DNA from: Paecilomyces variotii
Lineage: Eukaryota
Direction: 5' to 3' (one strand)
Assembly: GCA_004022145.1 (NCBI GenBank)
Contig: RCNU01000018.1
DNA: 64,000 bases
The position numbers were made by a program, and so were the translations under genes. The notes under the pieces are model-generated. The model saw nothing but the letters and a program-made list of their open reading frames with translations, was not told the DNA's origin and searched no databases. Of this stretch, positions 11,623-25,525 are shown in pieces (position 1 is the first letter of the stretch; each line of letters opens with the position of its first letter).

Positions 11623-13995
11623 AAGATAAAGACGCTGAAAGGAGAAGCAAACAATGTACTTGACAGGAAAGCAGGGATAGATAATTGTTAGAGATCCAGG
11701 TAGACCAACTAAGAGTTCTCCTTTTTGGTCGACTGGCAGAAAGCCATCAATAATGTTCTGGAGATCTTCAGGTATTCACTTGTCTTTCTCTCACCTTAGA
11801 ATATCCGTATCATCTGCCAGTGCCTGACAGATCCAATCTTTATGTCCAGTCGGCAGACACTTGAAAAGGGTGAGTTTTTAGTGCCAGCTGATCGAGAATA
11901 GAAGCGTCCAAGATATCACCACTTGGCAGTTGTGGAATTAGTAGAAAGAGTTTTGAAATATAGGTATCGAAGGCTTTCAAAAGCCTAGATACATAGTAGT
12001 GCATGGCCTCTGGCTAAAAGCATGGAACTGTGGGATGTTGCCTGGTTACACAACCATTCTTCTGCCTCACTGTTCATCTTCCAGTGAATGACTTTTAGGC
12101 AACTACAACGCGGAATAAACAGTCGTCACATGATTCTACTACCGACTCTCACGCGAGTGAATTACATATTACTATTGGACCGTATATGCTGGGATTGCTG
12201 TTTCGAGTTTTCAAGTCATTTCCAGTCGTAGAATCTTCTTATTATTTATTTATGACGGCAATTGCCTTTCGTCCTGGAGAAGATCGTTCATACGCAAGAT
12301 ATAAAAGCCCTTTCAGTAAGGTTGCAAAGGGAAAAAAAAAACCAATCATCCACCATGACTATATAAACCATCCCACGTATATCGCTTCTGGATCTGTCCA
12401 TAAAACACCCTACAGGTTATCTGAGATTCTTACATTCGCTTAACCTTTCGTTCAATGAACAGTGTTGACCTAATAAACACTAGCATTAATCTGGCTTTTT
12501 TTCTTATTTTGGGTCTCTGCAGGTATCCATGGGCCTATCTCCTTCCTCTTTAGGTTAGATCGGCGCACAGTATCTACCTACCTCCTATAGGTAGATAGAT
12601 AGGTAAAGCTTCGAGCTTTCTATCGGAGATAGGAATCTAAGCTTCTTCACCATCTAGTTTCTAGCCTCCAAGATCCCATCATCTCAGTCATTCTCAACAT
12701 CAGAGAGCTGATACAGTGTTGACAGAGTCGATGCCAATCCAATTTCAGCCAGATGTTTGCCGACACGATTTCGAGGGCCAGAGCTGAAGAAGTCCAAACT
12801 GGACGGCGATTCTCAGGAATGTCTATAGACGATAAACTGCGTTCTGTGCCGCGCGGCAGGCTAAAATAGTATGACCGATGCTAAGGGAAAGAGTGAGTTA
12901 TCCGTACATGTATGTATGCGTGCTATTCGATTCTGCAGAAACGTCACGCTCACAAGATTCGAATTTTCTAGGATTCCAAGCTCCTATTACTATTATGAAC
13001 TGTATGTATCGGCAATGCAGTCAGTGTGACACTGTTACATGAGCTAAATCTCTTTTGAGATATATATGTACAGTACTCCCAGTCTGTATTAGGGCAAGGC
13101 AGCCGGAGCCGACAAAGCCGTCACTAAATCTAGACGGTGTTTACTAGGTATCAACAAGTATAAACTGGGGGCCAAAAGTACATACTAATGTAACTAAGTT
13201 GACCCGCAGCCTTACAGGACGGAAAGCCCAAGGGCCAATTGAAAGCTGAAAAGGAGGCACATGCAATTGAGAACAATGAATAAAGTCGCAGAAGATCGCA
13301 GAACATTATTATTGCTTTTTATCAGATCCGACGATATCAAGTGGGCCCATTCCTCAGAATCGGTTATACCGGCCAAGTTCTCGCGTGAGACTGTGATCGG
13401 ACGGTTAGAGCCGAAGCTTGATGGAAAAATGGACGAACTTGCTGTGAACGATTCTTTCTACCAGGATCGGAGAATTGTGAGAAACACCCTGCCTTCCTAC
13501 TATTACTGTTATTATGACTGGCCGGGGGGAAGATGTTCTAGAAGATTGTGTTCCCTGTTCGCTGACAACGAATGATCGAGGACCACTGAACATCATGGCC
13601 CAGCGAATACTGATAAGTAGCACCCACTGGATCTGTATGTATCGCGAGCCACAGCCATGGTATCATTCCGCGCTCTGTCATACATCTCACTAACTATCCC
13701 ATCCCATGAGGTTGCGCTTAGGAAACTTGGCTTTAACGTGGCTTCCCACTTGGCGTTTTGCCTCCAATGAATAAAAGCCTTGGCAGCACGATGGGCATTC
13801 ATGAATACTAGAATAGGATTCTTCGCCCCGCGCGACGTTACTTAGCCGATGCCGAGATCCATGATGGACTGTGAAGCAATAATGTTCGCTCCCATGCTGG
13901 TAGTTAAATACAGCAGCACGTTCCCTTCCTCAAGTCGAGGATCCTGAAGCATCGAGCTCTCCAATTGAGTGGTTGCGACTAGTTAGTAAACCATC

Positions 13996-15435
13996 ATGGT
14001 TCGATTCGACAGTGCTGCTGCACTCCTTCTCTGCTCTGCCGTGGGCACCTCCGCCCTGTCGCACGGTGCTGCTAACCCGCGGTCCTACGCTGAAAAGCAA
14101 TTCTCCCAGCACTTTGAAGACGGCTACAGCGTTCTCAAGCATTACGGAGGCAATGGACCTTACTCGCAGCGCGTCTCGTATGGCATTGAGAGAGACACCC
14201 CGAGCGGTTGTGCTGTCGACCAGGTCATCTCCATCATGCGACATGGAGAACGGTACCCGTCATCTGGTGCTGGAGCTACTTTTGAACAGACCTTGGCCAA
14301 GATCTACTCCGCCAACATCACCAATTGGCAAGGAGATCTAGCATTCCTAGATCACTGGACCTATTACGTGCCAAACAAATGTTACTATGAGGCGGAAACG
14401 TGGACTGGCCCCTACGCCGGTCTGTTGACAGCCTTCAGACGCGGTGCGGAGTATCGCGAACGCTACGGGCATCTATGGGATGGGCAATCGATCGTGCCCA
14501 TCTTTACGAGTGGATACGAGCGTGTCATCGAGACAGCTCGCAAGTTCGGCGAAGGGTTCTTCGGATACAACTATACGCAGAGCGCTGCGCTCAACATCAT
14601 CTCGGAGGACGCCAGCCAGGGCGCGGATAGCCTCACTCCGACCTGTGCCAAGGACAATGATCAGAACACTTGCAACGCCTTAACCAACCTGTTGCCTCAG
14701 TTCTATGTTGCCGCTGAGAGAATCAACTCGCAGAATCCCGGTCTGAAGATCAATGCCACAGACGTTTACAATCTGATGCAGATGGCGGCCTTCGAGCTGA
14801 ACGCGCGGGCCTTCTCGGATTGGATCAACGTGTTCACCCTGGATGAGTGGGTGAGCTTTGGCTACACACAGGATCTCTACTACTATTACTGTGCTGGCCC
14901 TGGCGACAAGAACATGAATGCAGTCGGAGCCGTCTATCTGAACGCATCTCTCGCATTGCTCAACGAAGGCCCGTCATCGGGAACGATGTTTTTCAACTTC
15001 GCCCACGATACCAACATCACCCCAATCATCGGTGCCCTGGGCATCCTTCTCCCCAACGAAGACTTGCCTTTAGACCACATCCCATTTGGCAATCCCTGGT
15101 CAATAGGAAACATCGTTCCTATGCAGGGGCACTTGACCATTGAACGCCTCACCTGCAACAAGACCGCTCTCTCTTCCCAAGGGACCTACGTGCGACTGGT
15201 CCTCAACGAGGCCGTTGTGCCTTTCAACTCATGCCAGTCTGGTCCTGGCTATTCGTGTCCTCTGGCGAACTTCACATCAACTCTCAAAGACAGCCTGCCA
15301 AACTACACCAAGACGTGCCAGGTCCCGTCCTCGTACCCGCAGTACTTGAATTTCTGGTGGAAATACAACACCACCACGACACTCAATTATCAGGACGGGC
15401 CAATCGGATGCCACGAATCAACAACACTGTCTTGA
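13996..15435 (+). CDS. phyB: Secreted histidine acid phosphatase / 3-phytase B-like
   Basis: Signal peptide, RHGERYP catalytic motif, FAHDTNI proton-donor motif, many N-glycosylation sequons, and the C-terminal CQSGPGYSCPL. Intronless, 479 aa. Confidence 0.9.
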   Translation: MVRFDSAAALLLCSAVGTSALSHGAANPRSYAEKQFSQHFEDGYSVLKHYGGNGPYSQRVSYGIERDTPSGCAVDQVISIMRHGERYPSSGAGATFEQTLAKIYSANITNWQGDLAFLDHWTYYVPNKCYYEAETWTGPYAGLLTAFRRGAEYRERYGHLWDGQSIVPIFTSGYERVIETARKFGEGFFGYNYTQSAALNIISEDASQGADSLTPTCAKDNDQNTCNALTNLLPQFYVAAERINSQNPGLKINATDVYNLMQMAAFELNARAFSDWINVFTLDEWVSFGYTQDLYYYYCAGPGDKNMNAVGAVYLNASLALLNEGPSSGTMFFNFAHDTNITPIIGALGILLPNEDLPLDHIPFGNPWSIGNIVPMQGHLTIERLTCNKTALSSQGTYVRLVLNEAVVPFNSCQSGPGYSCPLANFTSTLKDSLPNYTKTCQVPSSYPQYLNFWWKYNTTTTLNYQDGPIGCHESTTLS

Positions 15436-16023
15436 AGTGTGTTAGGATCGTTGTAATTATGTGTCCCTAACATAAGTTTGTTTAGTAATCGATTACTTTA
15501 TGAAGTATAACGCTCCTAATGGGTTGAAAATGTGCATCGTAACTTGGAAAGCATCTAGTCCAGTAAATATCCGAAAGTCGATCCATCCACCATCAATTGT
15601 ACTGTAAGTAGCCGCCGCATAGCTTGCATGTATATGATGTAGATAAACGAAGAAGAATTCATTATTCATATCAAAGCCCATTCCCGAAAGTATCTCTTAA
15701 TGAAAAGTTTCTGTTGTCTGGTAACTACCTATCTGTCCTCCTTTCTGGTCGTCCTTTTGTCAATTAGCCCTAGTACATACAACCACTTGATTGATTTCGG
15801 TTTCAGTGTCAGACTGCTATGGATCAGACAACTCATTAATCAGTCCCAACGCTGTGCGCATTAAATAATTGGCCGTCCTTTCCGGTCTATCCGTAAGTAA
15901 ACTAAGCTAGAATGGATCTACATATTCGACATTGCCTCTTAAACCTAGCATTCCATCACATAAACTTTATGATCACATATGTTGCGATTCGCTATCTGGA
16001 TATACCTAGCGATATTGATTTTC

Positions 16024-16054
<31 letters not shown>

Positions 16055-17453
16055 GCACCACTCTTCCAGAATTTGGGCAAGGACTAACCCTCCTTCATCT
16101 ATATATAACAAAAGTACATCTTCCGCTACGACCGCCGTTGAGGTATCATTCTGCGAAGAATCCGACGAGCAGGATGATTTTCTTTCATCTCATCTCATAA
16201 CTCCCTCCAGTTCTTTCGGTTCTGCCAAAAAATTAATCTAGCAATTGGAAAACTCTCGGTTCGGTGCCTAAATGCGAAGCGCGCGACGATCGTCCAGATA
16301 GCCCAGTCGATATGATTACTGTGATTGGTCAGGTCAATCATATCAGCGATCCATGGGACGGCTGGGTAGCAAGATAGAATTTGGTTTGGTAAGTTGATGA
16401 TGTTGGGTAACAATTCAGGGGTAATATGTAATACCTAATCTAATCAAACTGCAGTATCAAGAATAGCGGAACGCTAAGCATCTGTGGGAACGCGGACGTA
16501 CTCCGTAAGTATGCTTCGGGCGCTCTAAGTATCGGCCGCTTGAACCTTTCGTTTGCATCTAACATGCTCACTTACATCATTTAACGGCTCTCAAAGTTAT
16601 CGGTAACCTGCAGATATGACTGATTGTTCTTCGTCTCCCGTTGTGCCGTCTTTGTTCGTCGCTATTGGGTCCGGGCTGCTTTTCCGCTTCGGCGATGATA
16701 ATCTTATTATTCCCGCCACAACGGTTCGCGGCCGAAGGGATCTCCGACGGTTGGGCACGAGCCCCTATATCTACCCTTCAAAACAGAATGGCCTGTTGTA
16801 GTAGTAGCTAACTTCAAATAATCTTGACAATAATAAATTGAATAGTGTATTCGCTTTTCCTCGTTAGAAATCAGTCAGAAAACAGAGACCAACAAAGTAG
16901 AAGAACTTACATTTTCGTTTAGGTAAAAATTTTCGCATCAGCGAAAGGCACATCGAAAGACTCCCTGCCACATCCTCAACGATGAGGGAATCCAGTAAAT
17001 GGATTACGAGATTGCCTTCATCATATAGAGTTTCGCTATAGCCTGCATTCACAAGTACGTATGGCGCAGAGGCCCACTTCTTCGAATATTCTCGTTTTAT
17101 GCGTGGATGCGCGGGGAAAGTCAGTCACAATATTCCATATCCCATATTCACTTCTATTACGATCCTGGTAATGATGTCTTGGGAGGAAAATCTGTGGAGA
17201 CATCAGTGGAAATGTAATAGACCGGTTACAAACTAGCATACCTTCTAAGACGTTGGGCATCAGATGCAAAGAAGCACTGGCCTTCTAGAAGTCGATCCTA
17301 AGAAGTAGAAAAGTGGACCAGCATGCACTATAACCAAGAGATTTCCACACTTCTTCGATTCTTTTTTCCCCCAAAAACTCAGCGCTTGGGTCTTCAGAGA
17401 AAGCACCCCGAGAAGGGAGAGCTTGTCTGGTTGGTCTGATCTCATCAGGATCA

Positions 17454-18851
17454 ATGGGGCCACCACAGCTGCCACAAAGTGGAAGCTGTAAGAATGAAAC
17501 AAAGATGCCCGCAGAGTCATCGAAAAGCCAAAGCTCTTCTGGGTGGACTTTCTTCCCGCCACTTCCTGACACAAGAGACACGTACACGCCAAATCCTGCC
17601 TCCCAGAGTACCCCAGCGACACGATTGCAGCCAGGAACGGACGATGGTCAACCACTGAAGCAAGCACGAGGAGCAAGCCATGTCTCCATACCGGTTCACG
17701 CTAGGGTAACCGACCAGAATTTGTCGGTTATTTCCCCTATAACTCCCAAAAACCAGAGCGATATTCAGCAGAAGCCAACGAGAGTCAGTCAAGGTAGCAA
17801 CAAACATTCGCAAGGACCGGAAGTCCATCACGGAAAACCCAATGAAAACACCGTGGGACAGTCCCGGGTGAACAACCTACCGAAATCGCCAAAGGACTGC
17901 CAGCAAATGTCGACTCCGTTTCATGAGAATGATCCCCCAAATCCGTTCTCTTCTCGAAGTCAACAGAATCATTCGCCTGCGCTACCATACATTTCATCAG
18001 GGCCATCGCTCACACGATCGTTTGAAAGCAGGTCGCCCCGGGATCTTGCTATGCAGCCGTCATATAGTTGTCCACAGCTGGAACATACCGGTTCCCATGA
18101 GCATGACCCCTTCCCAGAGCGTGAAACTCACCCTGCATCCAAGCAATCCGCAGAGTCATTTTCTGACTCCAGTTTGGACTACCTATCCAAGGGACGTACG
18201 AGCTCAGTCGGCGACGCTGCGACGTATTTGCCCACAATTCCGGAGACACCAAACGAAGATACCCACAAGTCGAACCGACAAATGGACAATCTTCCGCAGG
18301 AGAAGACGAGATGTAATTCTCGCCAGATAATCGGACAATCCTCCGTCACGACAGACGCACTACAGACGTCAAGATCGAACCAAAAACAGGCGAAGACACC
18401 TATATCCAAATCGGAATCAGACTATCGGTCTGATAGCAGGTCGAGTGCAGAAAAATATAGCAGCAGCACAGGCGAAAAGTATATAAGTCCATCTGCTTCG
18501 CAATCAGGTGCGCACAAAGATCATTTCGATTTTTCAGTCAATTCCACTTTATCACATTATCCGAAAAAAGAAGGGGGGCGGTCGCAGAACCTGGGAGGCA
18601 AGAATCGGGATCCAGTTGATCAGGATCCGGTTTGCAAGGGCACTTATGTGGCCGCAACAAAACCCAATCCTCTTCCACGAACAGAGACTCCAAAGCCGTC
18701 GAATAGCGTGAAGGATCAAACTGCCTGCGTACCACAGAATCAGACGCAGACAAAAAATCAGGTCGAGATGCAACATGCTCCAGTACCTCCTCTTAGAAAG
18801 GAGCTCCTCCCACCTTGGGCAGTAGGAAGCACGGCACTTTCTAGGAATTAG
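17454..18851 (+). CDS. Hypothetical low-complexity Ser/Pro/Gln/Thr-rich protein (probably disordered; may be the surviving exon of a decayed gene)
   Basis: A 465-codon open frame is unlikely by chance, but no domain is recognised and upstream sequence gives no clean exon model. Confidence 0.5.
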   Translation: MGPPQLPQSGSCKNETKMPAESSKSQSSSGWTFFPPLPDTRDTYTPNPASQSTPATRLQPGTDDGQPLKQARGASHVSIPVHARVTDQNLSVISPITPKNQSDIQQKPTRVSQGSNKHSQGPEVHHGKPNENTVGQSRVNNLPKSPKDCQQMSTPFHENDPPNPFSSRSQQNHSPALPYISSGPSLTRSFESRSPRDLAMQPSYSCPQLEHTGSHEHDPFPERETHPASKQSAESFSDSSLDYLSKGRTSSVGDAATYLPTIPETPNEDTHKSNRQMDNLPQEKTRCNSRQIIGQSSVTTDALQTSRSNQKQAKTPISKSESDYRSDSRSSAEKYSSSTGEKYISPSASQSGAHKDHFDFSVNSTLSHYPKKEGGRSQNLGGKNRDPVDQDPVCKGTYVAATKPNPLPRTETPKPSNSVKDQTACVPQNQTQTKNQVEMQHAPVPPLRKELLPPWAVGSTALSRN

Positions 18852-21744
18852 TGAGCAGCAAATGAAATGACATAACTAGCTATATCGTACCTCAAGTTCA
18901 AGAGCAGTGAAGAAACATTAATAAAAATGATTATAGGTTGCTAGACCAGCACTAGGACCCAAAGATCTAATGGCGTGAAACGTGTTGGTCGTACACGCGA
19001 TCCGAAACAATGCGATTCGCCGTAGCATGGAGCTTTCGCAACCTTGTTTACACAATCGAGTCTCCATCGACGAACACTTACGATGACAGTTTTCGTGCGA
19101 TTTCCGCTTTGAAATTCAATAATTCGAAACAGAGATAGGATGGGGTAAATTTAAATGTAAACACGGTTTTATCTTCTCAAATGGATCGAGACCTAACGAG
19201 AATGCCAGGCTTCTTTAGGAGATCGACACAGCCGGCTGCTTGAGGAGCTAAAAACAATGCTTAACACAAATACTTACTGCCCTTGACGCAGACGTGGGGC
19301 GTGAGCCCTACCAAGCAAAGTTCAAGGGCGCGAATCACGATAGCAAACGCGAGGACAGTTTGCCGTCTTCACCTAGTTAGTTACAGGCTTACAGAAAGAG
19401 CGATTACAAAACATCCCACGATGTCAGATCTGACGCTAACGTGCTAAAACATGCTGCCAGAGTACCAACAGATACGCTAATTATCCGAGGAGAGGACGAT
19501 TAACCTTGAGGGACAATGTTACCTCGAAGTCATCTCCTTTTCAATATGACAAATAGTAAGAGGCAGAAGCCCTCTCCCCACCTAATGGTATACACTTCAT
19601 TGAGAACTTATGTTTTATGTTTTAGGTGGGAGTTGTCGTGATCAGCAATTGATGAATGGCTGGCTGAGAAGTCCAATCCAGCTCTTCGGTTCATCTTGGG
19701 TTACCAGCCAAAACATAACATCAAGAGTAACTGAGGCCAAGATCGACCGATATGCTATCAGGACTCTGGCTAGCTAGCTATGCTTGGTCTAGGAGGTCAG
19801 CCAGCGCATCGACCTTACCTATCCTCGAGGCTTCAGAGGGGGCTGCTTGATTGCATACTCCCGACTCCCGAGTCCCTGATGACAGGGAGATCTCGAAACG
19901 TTGCCAGGTTGGGAAGTAGCGAGTTATCTACGGCTTGCTGAGCCTCAGCTGAGGTGATCTAAGCAGCAGATACGGAGCAACTTAGAGGGCTGCCTACTCC
20001 AAGCGCTTGCCCAACTCAGTCTCCCGTGTCTACTAGTCTGATGGCCCGGGCTCTGACGCGGACTGAGATCGTATCTCCCTATGAAGCCCATCATGACATT
20101 TCAGCCTCTGTTGGGCCAATGGTCACTCCTGCGGTCTCTCTTAGCGCTGACGATGATATCACGACTCGAAGCCACCCCACGAGATCCACTGAAACTGCTC
20201 GATCCCTTTTGATCTGTAGCTTATCACCCGTGGTCTGTCACAGAGGACTGCGATTTTCACCTGGGGCGCGCGTTCAAAAATGAATACACAGGGGACGGAT
20301 ATTTCCCGTCTTTGACTCCTGAACCATGAGCTTGTTTATCGGGAGCTCCGTATCCTACAGAGGATGAAACCATGGTTCCTGAAGCTATAAGGTGTATTTG
20401 TCAAGTCAGGCCGTCCCGCTGTCATGGTCAGGAACGTGCTGTCAACAGTTCCTGGAGAAGGGGATGGTTCCTGAGTAACTGGTGGACCTATTCGCCTATA
20501 ATGCGAGGCTATTGGTCTTCCGTGTTTAACGCCAAGTTACTATACTTTACGAAGTAGAATTCTGCGAATAATGATGTCGACTTAGCCGTTAGTGACTACT
20601 AGCGCGGCAATAATACCAATACTAAAGCCACGCAGATCATCCCCAACCGCGCCCCATATTCCTGGGTCAGTCAAGCAGGATTTGCAAGCCCTCGTGTGCC
20701 TGTCGATCGTCTGAATTAGAGAGGCACAGTTGGGGATCTGACTATCTATTATTGATTTGAAAAATGGGTCATGGCTCGCCTGCACGAATCAAGGGGGCCC
20801 TACTCCATACAGTGACAAATCTCAAAAGACATCAATAATGATCCGCAAGTGACCATGGCACGGATTTCTGTAAGGCTGTTGCACCGCCGCACTGACAGAA
20901 GCCACATCTCAATAGATCAGCCCTGCGAGCAATGCTGCAGAGACGGTGCAGATCCTCTCGTGGACTCAAGCCACCGTGTCTGCAGATGTCGTGGAAACAA
21001 TTACAACGGCTGGGAATTGTGACTGTCCCGAGGATTGAGGTTGTACTTGACATGATTTGAAATTTCTGTGTGCTTTAATTCTATTTTTGCCTTTTTCGGG
21101 GTCGCCGGCTAGCTGGACGCCAGACGATAATGTTCCGTTGAAGTTTATAGCCCGGGCTCTCCGAAGACGCTCACAGGGCGAAAGAGTCTCAACTAACCAG
21201 TGGAGACGATCTCATTTGAGCCCCAAATTCCCAGGATCCACCTTATCGAGATTTTCCAGAAGGGAAGATGATCGGAGTATTCGCGGTGATACAAAATGCA
21301 CGCTAAGAGGAACGATCTAACCTGTTCCTTAGAATTTACTGTCTTCGGAGAATACTCAGCTGCAGAATCATGACGCTAATTGCCAGGCTGACAATATTAG
21401 CGTTCACGCTTAGCATCAAGACAGATCAAATTCCAAATCGTTCCCACAAAGTATGGGGCAGGTGAGCATCATGTCAGCGCCACCTGTCATTGTGGGTGAG
21501 AGACTGTTAAATACATCTCTGCCCTCCCAGCTTGTTCATCTCATCATCATCCACCATCAAAGTCTTACTCTACTACCAACTACAAAACTTAATACGAACA
21601 CTCCTCTTCACACTCCTTCACTACACCAGAGGAAGTACAGCTGCAATAGACCATCACATCAATCGCACCATTTGCTCAGTACAACATAATCACTACTCGA
21701 CACAACCACCACCAGACGCGAATACATTCTCCCAGTCGCCAAAA

Positions 21745-22113
21745 ATGAGCATCCTCAACAACTCAGGCTCTAGCCTTGCTTCTGCCAACGCTAGACTGCC
21801 ATCTCCGTGCGAGTTTCTGCGTCCTATTTCGGCCCTCTATCCTCACGTCGAAGCAATGCAGCCATCGCAGCTTCACAAGGCTGTCCCCGAGTGGTATATG
21901 GAGGAGACCGGTGACGCCGCCACATACTGGGCCAGCCTGGCCGACCGCAGTTCAGAGCCAGCAAGCCCCAGTGCTGCATCCTTCTCCTCGCAGCGCTCAG
22001 GCAGCCCTTCTCCTCACAGACGAGCCATGTTCAAGCTCCGTCAAGCTCTGCGAAGCCCCTGCAGCAACTCCAGCCTGCGAAGCACCGCCAGCCAGAGCCC
22101 AGAGCCCTACTAA
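21745..22113 (+). CDS. Small hypothetical Ser/Pro-rich protein (122 aa)
   Basis: aaaaATG context and C-ending codon bias (MSILNNSGSSLASANARLPSPCEFLRPI...VPEWYMEETG...). T-rich 3' region follows. Confidence 0.65.
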   Translation: MSILNNSGSSLASANARLPSPCEFLRPISALYPHVEAMQPSQLHKAVPEWYMEETGDAATYWASLADRSSEPASPSAASFSSQRSGSPSPHRRAMFKLRQALRSPCSNSSLRSTASQSPEPY

Positions 22114-23382
22114 AGAACAACGACAAGCGAAGTGATTCGCAAATCCATTCGGTCTTTCCGATAATACGTTTTTATCACAGAAACACTCGACTCGGATATA
22201 ATTCCTGTTTACCATCGCCGCACGATAATGATTTTTTTTTGGTCTTGGCGTTCAAGCAATGAGTGTACTATATATTTCTTTTTTGTCTTCGCAAGGGAAG
22301 CATCGGCGCAAATCTGGAGGATAATTCCTCGATGGTATTATCATTACCAATCGAAAGGCATTAATGTTTGAGCGAAGATTATGGGATTTTAGGACATGAA
22401 GCGGCATATCCAGTGATTTCTTTTCTTTCTTTCTTTCTTTTCTTTTCTTGTTTGTATATATAGATAGAGACAGATTCGACCAGAAGTGTCAGTCACATGA
22501 AGATAGAACCAGATAATGGATACAAATCCTATATTACGAAAAACTAAATTTCCCTCTTTCCAATGGTTTCATGATTAACGTAAAAGAGAAGTATCGAATT
22601 TAAAAAAGGAGAAATACTGATATTTTCTAAACGCTTCTTATTTTTGTGTGGTTTCTGGCAGGACGGGAACTTCAGCGTCAAAGCTATTCATGCAAAGAAC
22701 TAAAGCATGCAGGGGGGAAAAAAAGTAAAAAAATAAATAAAAAGAAAAAGAAAACAATACAAATATTTTTCGATCTAGAAAATCTGATTTTCGGAATACG
22801 GATGCAACGGCATCATCTCTAACGGACGCTTCCAGCTTTATGTTTGCTTTCCCCCATCCCTCGCGTCTCATCGAGATTTCGGCTGTTCGATAGCAGTTCG
22901 GGAACGAATTTAACGAAGGGAGTTTGAGAGCCAACTACGTCTGGTTAATTATAATGATGGGAGGGATACTATGGTACTGTAGATGGACGGTAGATGATCA
23001 GAAAAGGTTGCTTTCGGGCGAGAACGTAATTGGTGATGATGGTATTACTCTTGACGGTAATGGATTATGTCCTGATTGGAATGATTACATAGTAGGCAAG
23101 CTTAGAAGCATGCATGCATTTAGCTTTGTTGAGAAAATAGTCCCAGGCGGTGCGAGTCACATCGAGTTTAACTAACCGTGGCATACTTAGTCGCGGAGCT
23201 TACAAGTTCACAGGCCCGAACCAAGATGAATTGATTGCCAAGAACATGGAATTAGAGTACACCAATGTACAATTAAGCACGCTTTGATCAGATGTTGCTT
23301 TGTTTGATTTTCAAATTTAAGAGAGGAGTGGACAGCCTTGTAGATTCAGTAGTAAGATCAAGTCTAAATCACATCTCGTGAT

Positions 23383-23843
23383 CTAGACTCCGAATCGGAA
23401 CTCTCGGACCTTTTTCTGGTAGTAGAACGAGGCCAACAAACCAGTGGCACCGAGAGCTAAAGGAATGGGTGCCTTCGCTCCGGTCTTGATGATCCTAGGG
23501 ATTGCAGATCCTAGGAGGAGTATGCTGTTTCCCAGGGCGAGTTCAGTGCCGTAGTCTTTGTTTTGTTTGATCAAATAACCTGACGACGCGGTTAGCCTGT
23601 AGGACGAGCACAAGCAATAATAGCACGATATTGTATTCTCGCTTACCTGCATACGCGTAGGAAGCTCCCAAACCGAGACCTGCAATTAAGGAGGGTTTTG
23701 AGCCAGTTCGCAAAAAGCCAGCGACACCCCCTACAGGCACTGGTTGTTGATCATGAATGTTTAGCAAGGCATTACGCTTCTCTCATAAATCAAACTGGGA
23801 ACTTACGTAGAGCAGCGAGAGTGAACGAAGGATGTTCAGCCAT
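23383..23843 (-). CDS. TMEM14 family small membrane protein, 3 exons
   Basis: MAEHPSFTLAAL|..VGGVAGFLRTGSKPSLIAGLGLGASYAYA|GYLIKQNKDYGTELALGNSILLLGSAIPR...FYYQKK matches the TMEM14 signature (GG..G..RTGS.PSLIAG). Confidence 0.9.
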
Positions 23844-25517
23844 GATGACAAGAATACTCGAGGGAGAATCGGTTGTTTGATGAGGCGAGTTTGCGTTCTT
23901 TATTTGTTGAACGTTTCAAGCGACCGGAATATCCCAAGAGCGTCAACTTGACCCACTCTGCGGCTTGATTACCTAAGTAACCGGCTCATCCGCCAGGTCC
24001 GAGATCGAGAGATCTTTTTTGACAAACTAGACTTCAAGATGTGATAATGTCCGATAATAACTACGATATCGAATGAATGAAAGCAAGATTCAATGTGTCC
24101 TGAAGAAATTGTCATAGAGGGTTTATCTCGGTTACTAGCCTGAGCTGGCGTCAATCGTTCTTCCATGACTATCTTTTTCTGCATGAATGGTCCATCTCAT
24201 CTGTGTCGGATCCTACACATGGGGTGAAACATTGGAATAGTAGAAGAGCCTATATAACTGCTTCTTATATTCCACAATTATTGTAACAATGTCTTATTGC
24301 AAAGGAAGGTCTGAAGAAGGGCGCTTAAAGGTCTTAACCGGGGAAAGAAATCTTGGCGGAAAATGCTAGTAAGATAGTATTGGCAGGATTTATTCTGCTA
24401 AGGTCTGATAAAGACAACACAGTCCAGGAACATTGCCACTGGCCACTGATGGATTATCCCGAATATGCTCTGTCCTGTTCGCGGAGCACTTCCTAACTGC
24501 TCCCAGAGTACTGGGTGAGTGAGCAACGCTGAACACAAAGCAACACGGCTGCTGGCCTAGAACGAAAACTGGCAGTTGACTCGAAAGCCCTCATTGTTTG
24601 ATAGATTATTAACTATCTGGGTAAAGACTGGCAACAATGAATGCGGCCCCGTTATTGTGATTTTGCGGGGTGCGGGGAAATCTCCACCTGGACAGTGGGG
24701 AGAACCACATCTCTCTCTCGGTAATGCATCGTCTTTCAATGAGTGACTTAGTTCATTCTACTGGTAACCACTGCTTCTATCTTGTCATCCATATCGCTCC
24801 ATCATGAGTGCACTGTTTTGTGACTTGTCATGCATCAAGGCATGCCATGCCGTGTATAGCCATCGCAGACAGCGTTCCGAAGCCGAGATGTCTTGGTCCA
24901 ACCATGCCTCTTTTGATGGACGGACCTCGTAGTACGCGTATGGCGCCATTCTATGTGGTGGACTCGAGACGTTTGGAACGGCAGATCATTAGAGAAACCA
25001 CGACAGACAATGAACGAATGGATGCTGCTATTACTATCGAGATGGCTCTGATTCGGGAAGAACGACTGACTAACCTTGCAGACACGGGAATTGCCAGCAA
25101 GCGTGGTGTGACCAATGCCTTCATCATCTTTGTATGTTGCATGTAGAGTCTCACCAGTGGGGAAGGGGCATAACAAACCGCGTCAGTGTTGGACTGGATA
25201 ACATGGAGAATTGTCAGCAGCCATGGTCTAGCCCTCACCGTCGCTATCCACGGCCATCATTGCTCGAAACGCTCTCTGCCAACGCCTTCACTTCTCTCTC
25301 GACGCGGGGTTCGGCTTGCTATCGGCTCATCCTCGATTGGTCCCCGCATCTATCGCCTGGCACTATGAGCAACGCCATGTCCAATGATGGGATCAACACC
25401 TCAAACGCGCTTGGGGGGACTAGCTTTACCTGCCCCCAAACCGGCAAGGACGGTCGATCGATGCTTCCTGAAGCTCGGTAATGCATTCGCGATCATTTGA
25501 TATCACTCGAGGAGGGA

Positions 25518-25525
25518 ATATAAAG
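25518..25525 (+). promoter_or_regulatory. Putative TATA box of the catalase-peroxidase gene
   Basis: ATATAAAG about 120 bp upstream of the ATG, followed by a CT-rich tract (25560-25600). Confidence 0.5.

Noticed and set aside
18900-21400. 2.5 kb gene-free stretch with short ORFs
   Set aside because: No domain, repeat or RNA gene could be supported by eye.
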